DNA of 64,000 nt from IMG/VR virus record IMGVR_UViG_3300042549_005931, positions 205,134-269,133 of that record; one strand, 5' to 3'. Made by a program: the position numbers and the translations under genes. The notes below the pieces were generated by a model. The model was not told where the DNA came from and ran no database searches. It was given only the letters and a program-made list of their open reading frames with translations. Below, piece after piece: positions 57,541-64,000 of this stretch (the stretch's first letter is position 1; each line of letters opens with the position of its first letter).

Positions 57541-57876
57541 ATGAGTACAATGGTAGTAAATCAAGAAGTCGAGTTTTCAATGGATGATATTGATAACGAG
57601 GTGTATTTTGAAATCACGGGTAAAATGGTTTTCAACGAGATTTTGGTTCAAGAAATTTTTGATGTGATTGTGGAATCGGATTGGTTCGTTCAAGGTAACA
57701 AGACCGAAGGTCTATTGTCAATCGGTCAGAGATTGAAAAATGGTATCGAGGTTAATCTCGATTGGAAGTCAATCACAATGGGTGAGGATTGGGATTCGGA
57801 TGAAACGGAAGAACACGAAAAGGATTTTATCCTATCGTGGGATGAGGATAATAAGATTGTCCTTACACCAAGGTAA
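57541..57876 (+). CDS. early acidic protein
   Basis: 111-aa ORF; no Ala. Confidence 0.72.
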   Translation: MSTMVVNQEVEFSMDDIDNEVYFEITGKMVFNEILVQEIFDVIVESDWFVQGNKTEGLLSIGQRLKNGIEVNLDWKSITMGEDWDSDETEEHEKDFILSWDEDNKIVLTPR

Positions 57877-58079
57877 TACGAAGGGAGAACGAAAGTTCTC
57901 CTTTTTTTTGTCCCTGATGGTAAAAGTTTACCGGGATACCCTGGTAAAGTTTTCTACCCGTCACTGTCGACAGGTGATAAAAATTAATTAATTTTTTTTG
58001 TTACAAGGTGTTGTTTATATCGAAAATTAAACTATCTTTGTGTGTGGATAATGGTGTCCACAATAATCCAATAAACAAA

Positions 58080-58988
58080 ATGGAAACACAACTCGTTTTA
58101 AATGACCGTATTACACAATTATTAGACCAAACCAACCTGAATTGGAAGGTGAAAGAATCACCTATCTATACTAAGGTAGATGACAATGAGATTTTAGTAT
58201 CAGATAAAAAAGTATTACTTCGTGAAGACACACACGAGATTTTAGGTTTACACTCTGATGGATATGTACCGTTCCAAAATTATGAGATGTTAGAATTACT
58301 TGATAAGGTTTCTCAACAAACGGGTTTACCAATTCATAGAGGTGGTTTGTTTGGTAACGGTAAGAAGGTGTATATCCAACTTCAATCACACGAGTTCAGA
58401 ATTCAGAATGTTGGTGGAGTTTGGGACACTATCTCAGGATATGTTACCGGGATAAACTCATTCGATGGTTCCACTTCATTATCATTTGGTCCTAGTACCA
58501 AAACAATCTCATGTCAAAATACTTTCTTTGGAGCTTATAAGGAAATGGGTACAAAGATTCGTCACACAAAAAACATGGGGGTAAAGATTGACGAGGTGTG
58601 TAGACGAATTGAAGGTGTGTTGGTAGAGGAGAGAAACAACTTCGAAAATATCAAGAAGATGTCTGAAAGTCCTTTTGAGATGAACACATTAGATTCTGTA
58701 ATACGAACTATGTTTGACCTTGACCGTAATGTGGATTTAAAAGATACTGATAAATTATCGGGGGTAACTCGTAATAAATTATCTCGATTCTATATCGACC
58801 TTAACGGTGAACTTCGTGAGAAGGGTAACAATGTTTGGGGATTGATGTCGGGTGTAACAAAATATACTACTCACTCTGTGATTAAGGGTGATAACTCCGA
58901 GAAAAAGATGTTTGGTAGTACGGGTAATCGTGAGAGAAAGATTTTCTCCGACCTTGTAAACTATACCAACCACTTGGAACTCGTTTAA
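58080..58988 (+). CDS. DUF932/DUF945-family protein
   Basis: LNWKV...LLREDT..ILG...YVPFQN...GKKVY...NSFDGS...TISCQNT; 1 Ala in 302 aa. Confidence 0.8.
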   Translation: METQLVLNDRITQLLDQTNLNWKVKESPIYTKVDDNEILVSDKKVLLREDTHEILGLHSDGYVPFQNYEMLELLDKVSQQTGLPIHRGGLFGNGKKVYIQLQSHEFRIQNVGGVWDTISGYVTGINSFDGSTSLSFGPSTKTISCQNTFFGAYKEMGTKIRHTKNMGVKIDEVCRRIEGVLVEERNNFENIKKMSESPFEMNTLDSVIRTMFDLDRNVDLKDTDKLSGVTRNKLSRFYIDLNGELREKGNNVWGLMSGVTKYTTHSVIKGDNSEKKMFGSTGNRERKIFSDLVNYTNHLELV

Positions 58989-58992
58989 GATT

Positions 58993-59160
58993 TGTTGTCG
59001 ATAGGTGAAAACCTAAATTAACTCACCGATGTCTTGGTGAGAGAAGAATAAGGATAAGTATTACAGGGTGTCCCTACCGACAATGTTGGACTTAAAATAT
59101 TCACCCCGTATTACCGAGTGTGGGAGGTTTTGTAAAATCATTAACCCACATCCTTATTAA
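58993..59160 (+). ncRNA. putative pseudoknotted RNA downstream of the DUF932 gene
   Basis: TTGTCG/CGACAA, TAGGT-GAAA-ACCTA, AATAAGGAT/ATCCTTATT, TGTGGG/CCCACA; terminator at 59168-59198. Confidence 0.5.
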
Positions 59161-59415
59161 AGACACTAAAACCCTCTACCCAACGGAGGGTTTTTTTATT
59201 GCCCTCAGGAACCTGAAGACAGGACCTGGGTGAAAAGTTTACCGGGATATCCTGGTAATGTTTCCACCATGCGCTGGAGCTGCGCTGTAATCGTCCCGGT
59301 AAAGTATTGGAGCTGCGCTGTACTGTGTTAATTAAAAAAATTATTTAACAAAGTAGTATGATATTAACTTAATAGTGTTATCTTTGTAAATCGTTTCACA
59401 TAAACAATAAATGAT

Positions 59416-59751
59416 ATGAAAAGTGGTAACATTGTGGATTTAAGTAACCTCGATACACGGGATTTAATCGAGGAGTTACAGAACAGGGGGTATATGACCG
59501 GTTTGTTATTTTGTAGGGAGGATGTAGACCTTCAACTTGAAAGTTTAAATGATGGGTATCGTGGTCTAAACCTTACCTTGACTGATGAGGAAAAGGACGA
59601 AATCCTTGAAGGAGACTTACCTATTGATTGGACTTGTGAAAGAATCAATGAGAGTATCTATGATGGTGTCTTTAATTTTTTCAGTGAGGAGATTAATAAG
59701 TGGGAGGAAAAAGATTTGGGTGAGAAGATGAGAAACGGATTTGGAAACTAA
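59416..59751 (+). CDS. early acidic protein
   Basis: 111-aa ORF; no Ala. Confidence 0.72.
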   Translation: MKSGNIVDLSNLDTRDLIEELQNRGYMTGLLFCREDVDLQLESLNDGYRGLNLTLTDEEKDEILEGDLPIDWTCERINESIYDGVFNFFSEEINKWEEKDLGEKMRNGFGN

Positions 59752-60031
59752 TAAATTACCAGGATATATGGAAACATTTCAATTTTACAAAGACGAAAAG
59801 ATGACGATTTGGTATCGTGGTAAGTTCGAGGTCGAAGCTAACTCGGAGGAGGAAGCTATCGAGATGGTTAAGGAACTTGAAAAGACAAATAAGTTAGATA
59901 ACTACGATGTTTATTGGGAAATTTTGGATGACACTATGGAAGGGTTAACGGTGGGAGATAATGGTGGTTATTCCACAGAAGAAATATACACAGGTAGTGG
60001 AGACATAATTTGGGCCAATGGAAAGGAATAG
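59741..60031 (+). CDS. early acidic protein
   Basis: FEVEANSEEEAIE motif. Confidence 0.72.
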   Translation: METNKLPGYMETFQFYKDEKMTIWYRGKFEVEANSEEEAIEMVKELEKTNKLDNYDVYWEILDDTMEGLTVGDNGGYSTEEIYTGSGDIIWANGKE

Positions 60032-60242
60032 TGTAATCAAGAAACTCAGGGACGGTGAACCATTGGAACTTTACCGGGATGGATTGTTCATTACTCTCCA
60101 ACTAAACAAACGACATAAAAGAATTTGTTGGGAACGATGGGTATCTGTTAACAAAACCTCTTGGATGAATTGGAATTTATTCTTATCTTTACGGGACGTA
60201 ATACAAATCTATAATGATTATGAAAAAAGAAAAACTGATTAA
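60018..60242 (+). CDS. early hypothetical protein
   Basis: Overlapping operon ORF. Confidence 0.65.
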   Translation: MERNSVIKKLRDGEPLELYRDGLFITLQLNKRHKRICWERWVSVNKTSWMNWNLFLSLRDVIQIYNDYEKRKTD

Positions 60243-60543
60243 GAAAATCCAACAGGTGTTGGATGACTTGGACACTCGTAGTATTAATGTACATGAGTTA
60301 GACACGGAATCATCGATTAACATTGGTGATTTGGCCAACGGTGATATAACGGAATGTGTAGAAACACTTCGTTACGATGATGTATCCACCATAGTTTACC
60401 ACAACGGTAACGAGATAGAGTGGAGTGATAAAGATTACCGGGACTTACCTCTCAATACATTAGAGGAAATCCTTGAAGCTTTACAATACTATAAAATAGG
60501 TTTTGACAAAACATTAGACGTAATACGAGATGAAAACTATTAA
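60220..60543 (+). CDS. early acidic protein
   Basis: Overlapping operon ORF, restarted at MKKEKL. Confidence 0.68.
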   Translation: MKKEKLIKKIQQVLDDLDTRSINVHELDTESSINIGDLANGDITECVETLRYDDVSTIVYHNGNEIEWSDKDYRDLPLNTLEEILEALQYYKIGFDKTLDVIRDENY

Positions 60544-60823
60544 AACGATTGACCAAATTATTTCAGAGAGTGTAGAAGAGCACGTACTAACTTGTATTGA
60601 CCGGGTTAATAAGGGATTTAAAGTTGTAGAGGTTGAGGTTCCATTAGAATATTCATCCAAAGTGTTTACCTTACTAAACGATGAGATTAGTTATGGTGTT
60701 AGAATGTATGGGTGGAAGTTCGGAGTTTTCTCACAGGGAGAGTTCGAAGGTAAGATGGCTCAAACTATTTTAAAAGAAAACAATAGAGTGTTTAAAAGAT
60801 ATTTTTTAAAATACACTTTATAA
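60530..60823 (+). CDS. early hypothetical protein
   Basis: Overlapping operon ORF. Confidence 0.68.
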   Translation: MKTIKTIDQIISESVEEHVLTCIDRVNKGFKVVEVEVPLEYSSKVFTLLNDEISYGVRMYGWKFGVFSQGEFEGKMAQTILKENNRVFKRYFLKYTL

Positions 60824-61090
60824 TTTGTAAGATGTTACTTATATTTTGATTACAAATTATTTGTGTTCATATTTTGTGTTTGGGAAAAGGGTTGGCAGAA
60901 ATGTCAACCTTTTTTTGTGCTCGTGTATTACCTGTGCACTGTACCTGCACAGCAGTGAAGTTTACCGGGACAACCTGGTAATGTATTACCTGCAGCAACT
61001 GCAGAGCCTTCAGGTAAAAAAAGTTATTAAATAATGTTTGTTATATTGAAAACTATTTTGTAATTTTAATCCATCAAATAAACAAATGAT

Positions 61091-61858
61091 ATGGAATTTA
61101 AAAACTTAACACAAACAAAAAAGGATTTAGGACTTAACTATTTAGGTTCGGTTAGTAAAACCACCAAACATATTAAGTCAATTGAGTACAACGAATTGGT
61201 TTACACTATCTACTTGTCACCTGCAGACAGTAGTGGGTATGAGGTGTGTCCATTACGAAACGACGAATGTACCGACCTTTGCCTTAATGAGTCCGGTATG
61301 AACCGAATGAGTATGAATGACGAATTGATTAATAGAAGTCGTATCAAAAAAACTAAATTGTTTTTTGAGAACCGTGAATACTTTGTCAAGTGGATGGTAT
61401 ACGAAATCGAATCCACCAAACTAAAAGCTGAAAAACTTGGTATGAGTTTTAGTGTACGTATCAATAATACTTCAGACATTAATCCTTTATCATTTTATCT
61501 TGAAGTTAACGGAAAAAAATTAAATGTATTGGATTTATTCCCCGATGTACAATTTTACGATTATACAAAAGTTCCCAACCGAATGAAGTTAATGATGTTA
61601 TATCCTAATTACGATTTGACATTTTCTTATGACGGTTATAATAAAGATACTTGTCTACAGATGTTAGAAAATAATGTTAGGGTGGCCGTTGTGTTTGATA
61701 AGTTACCGGGAGAATTATGGGGGTACAAAGTTATCGATGGTGACTTGTATGACATGAGATATCGAGATGAGAAAAATGTAATTGTCGGACTGAAGTTCAA
61801 ACGAGTTCGAAAGAAACTACATAAGGATTATAAGTTCGTAATACAAAACCCACAATGA
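61091..61858 (+). CDS. GP88-like protein (Cys-motif, radical-SAM-like)
   Basis: EVCP...CTDLCL...VRINNTSD...QFYDYTK...YDLTFS...IDGD...VGLKFK. Confidence 0.78.
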   Translation: MEFKNLTQTKKDLGLNYLGSVSKTTKHIKSIEYNELVYTIYLSPADSSGYEVCPLRNDECTDLCLNESGMNRMSMNDELINRSRIKKTKLFFENREYFVKWMVYEIESTKLKAEKLGMSFSVRINNTSDINPLSFYLEVNGKKLNVLDLFPDVQFYDYTKVPNRMKLMMLYPNYDLTFSYDGYNKDTCLQMLENNVRVAVVFDKLPGELWGYKVIDGDLYDMRYRDEKNVIVGLKFKRVRKKLHKDYKFVIQNPQ

Positions 61859-62108
61859 TGTGGGTTTTTTTATGCACTCAGGAATCTGAAGGCAGGACCT
61901 GGATGAAAAGTTTACCGGGATATCCTGGTAAAGTTCCATTTGGGAAACACAGCAGCGCAAAACCATCCCGGTAAAGTTTCCCTGGCAACAACAGCAGCGC
62001 TGACTTCAGAAAAAAAATTAAAATATTTTTTACCTATGTGTTGTGATTTAGTAAAAATGTATTATCTTTGTACAAGTAATAAGTCAAACAATTTAAACTT
62101 TTAATGTT

Positions 62109-62657
62109 ATGGGATTAGATATGTATCTATCGAAAAAGACCTATGTTAAACAATGGTCACACGACAAACCCGAAGAACAATTCGAGGTGTCTGTTAAACG
62201 AGGTGGTAAACCTTTCAAGAAAATCGAATCAAGTCGGGTTTCTTATGTTACGGAAGAATTGATGTATTGGAGAAAAGCCAATCAGATTCATGGATGGTTT
62301 GTACACAACACACAGGAAATTGTGGAGGAAGTCAAATACTATGTAACCAAAGAAGATTTGGATAACTTACTTGATGTTTGTAAACAAGTATTGGATGTTA
62401 TGAGTAAGTCCAAGATGAAGACAGTCCAAGTTCGTAGTGGTTGGAGTGGTGGTGAGGAAACTTATTCCGATGTTGAAACTTACGATTGTGAGGATGAGAT
62501 TAGAGAATTACTCCCACCAACAGAAGGATTCTTCTATGGTTCTTACGAGATTGATGAGTGGTATAAACAAGCCATCGAGGAAACTGTGGAGTTCTTGGAA
62601 AAAGAATTACCAAAGTCCGATGAACACGATGACTTCGAGTATTACGCGAGTTGGTAA
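62109..62657 (+). CDS. conserved phage protein (MGLDMY...YWRKANQIHGWF motif)
   Basis: 182-aa ORF with a recognisable phage motif. Confidence 0.75.
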   Translation: MGLDMYLSKKTYVKQWSHDKPEEQFEVSVKRGGKPFKKIESSRVSYVTEELMYWRKANQIHGWFVHNTQEIVEEVKYYVTKEDLDNLLDVCKQVLDVMSKSKMKTVQVRSGWSGGEETYSDVETYDCEDEIRELLPPTEGFFYGSYEIDEWYKQAIEETVEFLEKELPKSDEHDDFEYYASW

Positions 62658-62719
62658 TATAAAAAAATAATCGGGATATCGTTTGGAATAATGGTATCCC
62701 TTTTATAATTTTGTAAACG

Positions 62720-62968
62720 ATGAAAGATTTATTCAATAATTCAAGACCAGTTCAGATTGAAATCGGTGAATGGTGGTTCAACGGGAGATTCATCCAAAAA
62801 CAGGTGCATCCGTTGCTTAGTCCTTATGTATCCTTTAATGATAATGAGGATGGTTATATGGTTCAAACTCACACAACCTTTAAGGAAGCAACTAAGTATT
62901 GTTTGGATAATCCTTGTAATACCCCACAACACCAACCAAAAGATTTTATAAGTTCATTTAAAAACTAA
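62720..62968 (+). CDS. hypothetical protein
   Basis: 82-aa ORF; TAATTTTG upstream. Confidence 0.65.
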   Translation: MKDLFNNSRPVQIEIGEWWFNGRFIQKQVHPLLSPYVSFNDNEDGYMVQTHTTFKEATKYCLDNPCNTPQHQPKDFISSFKN

Positions 62969-62974
62969 TATCAT

Positions 62975-63682
62975 ATGCCCAATTGGTGTAGTAACTATAT
63001 TACGATTTCGGGAGAGGAATCTAATATGAAACCCTTATACGATTTTTTTCGTGAAGGTGAAGAAATAGTCGAAACGTATTACAAACAATTCAGAGAATTC
63101 CGTGAGAACTTTCCTGATGAGGACGCGTTTAACTCAATAGGTATGAAAGAGGTATTCGTTATGTCTACCCTTGTACCTGAGGATGAGGAATTTGAAAAGA
63201 TTAAAGAGAGTGGTCAATATCTGTTATCACCTTACACAGAATTTTGGGGTTGTAAGTGGGACATCCATATTCACGACGGACTAATCACTGAGTGTACTCC
63301 AACAAAGATTCAATTATCACCAATAACCGCTTGGTCACCACCTGAACCATTCTGTAAAAGATTGTCAAAGAAGTATGGTGTTGATGTGGAGATTAGTTTT
63401 TTCGAGGGTGGAGCTAACTTCGCTGGTCGTAGTCGTTTTTCAAACGGAAAAGAAATCGAGAGTGTAATGTATACCTATCGTGAAGGGATGTATTACTTGG
63501 AAACTGAAATTTTTTGGGGGGAGACCTATAGTGATTTAGAATGGATGTTCTGTGAAAATCCAAATATCACATTCGACGAAGTGTTAGGACAGATGTACCC
63601 TTTCGTTAAAGATGAGAATGATATAAAAGAATTAAACGAACTCTATCATAATTTTAAAGTAGATGAAACAACAGGAGAATAA
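62975..63682 (+). CDS. YubB/DUF1281-like ferredoxin-fold protein
   Basis: MPNWCSN...WGCKWD...TAWSPP...FFEGG..FAG. Confidence 0.78.
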   Translation: MPNWCSNYITISGEESNMKPLYDFFREGEEIVETYYKQFREFRENFPDEDAFNSIGMKEVFVMSTLVPEDEEFEKIKESGQYLLSPYTEFWGCKWDIHIHDGLITECTPTKIQLSPITAWSPPEPFCKRLSKKYGVDVEISFFEGGANFAGRSRFSNGKEIESVMYTYREGMYYLETEIFWGETYSDLEWMFCENPNITFDEVLGQMYPFVKDENDIKELNELYHNFKVDETTGE

Positions 63683-63938
63683 ATTGAGAGTAAAGTATAG
63701 TAACTTTCAAACCAATATGAATTTCAACGAGTGGGCACAAACCTTTAAGGTGTCCACTCTTGTCCCTGAACAATTTGATAGATGGGACAGCAAGTTAGAT
63801 AAGTGTAATGAGAGTGAAAAACGAATGATGATTACTTCCATGTATGAGAACGATATCACCATCCCAATCAGTACAAGAATTTTAAGTAGTATAAAACAAT
63901 TAATAAATAAAGAAAGATGTCAAGAGAAAACAGATTAA
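63663..63938 (+). CDS. hypothetical protein
   Basis: Overlapping ORF. Confidence 0.6.
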   Translation: MKQQENKLRVKYSNFQTNMNFNEWAQTFKVSTLVPEQFDRWDSKLDKCNESEKRMMITSMYENDITIPISTRILSSIKQLINKERCQEKTD

Positions 63939-64000
63939 CAGGTGGAGTATTTACCGGGATTGTAGGTACCTCCGAAAAAATTAGTTCATACGATAAGTTT

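Larger units (their letters stand above)
49111..62070 (+). promoter_or_regulatory. series of Bacteroidota housekeeping-sigma promoters (TTG-N19-21-TAnnTTTG)
   Basis: TAnnTTTG at 49111, 49866, 50515, 51238, 51713, 52707, 55544, 56369, 58033, 59379 and 62063, each heading a cassette. Confidence 0.85.
49014..63960. repeat. dispersed TTACCRGG(A) motif, about 55 copies
   Basis: Manual count; inverted pairs in spacers and + oriented single copies in CDS. Confidence 0.9.

Noticed and set aside
5771-58079. Extended N-termini in the ORF track (5771, 14615, 37441, 43640, 51628, 58008 and others)
   Set aside because: They overlap RNA genes, promoters or upstream genes; downstream ATGs have the proper context
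49014-63960. CRISPR array or integron attC interpretation of the repeats
   Set aside because: Repeats are ~10 bp, irregularly spaced, in both orientations and inside genes; no constant repeat-spacer period, no cas or integrase gene in the window
1-64000. Stop-codon reassignment
   Set aside because: No canonical CTA/TCA suppressor tRNA; long genes are intact in code 11; TAG and TGA end genuine genes (e.g. 3024, 17662, 54829, 9350)

Overview
AT-rich segment of a large lytic (jumbo/huge) tailed phage that infects a Bacteroidota host. Evidence: TAnnTTTG/TTG Bacteroidota promoters, about 15 tRNAs, a tmRNA, a GOLLD-like giant ncRNA, a GH19 endolysin and a tail-collar domain. The genetic code looks standard. 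Layout: (1) 0-11 kb, tRNA/ncRNA array with an HNH endonuclease, 2OG-Fe(II) oxygenases, several unexplained structured RNAs, a GOLLD-like RNA and tmRNA; (2) 11-34 kb, putative virion and envelope proteins, a glycosyl/methyl-transferase cluster, nucleotide-metabolism genes and lysis enzymes; (3) 35-46 kb, unrelated 'payload' genes sharing a short N-terminal leader that resembles capsid-targeting/prohead-protease signals; (4) about 48.8-49.0 kb, a G/C-homopolymer palindromic strand-switch element (candidate terminus or origin); (5) 49-64 kb, about 16 host-promoter/gene/terminator early cassettes. The most striking signal is in part 5. The GpC dinucleotide is almost absent, so most proteins contain no alanine. 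The same region carries about 55 copies of a TTACCRGG(A) motif: inverted pairs between cassettes and strictly + oriented copies inside genes. All counts are manual and no database searches were run.
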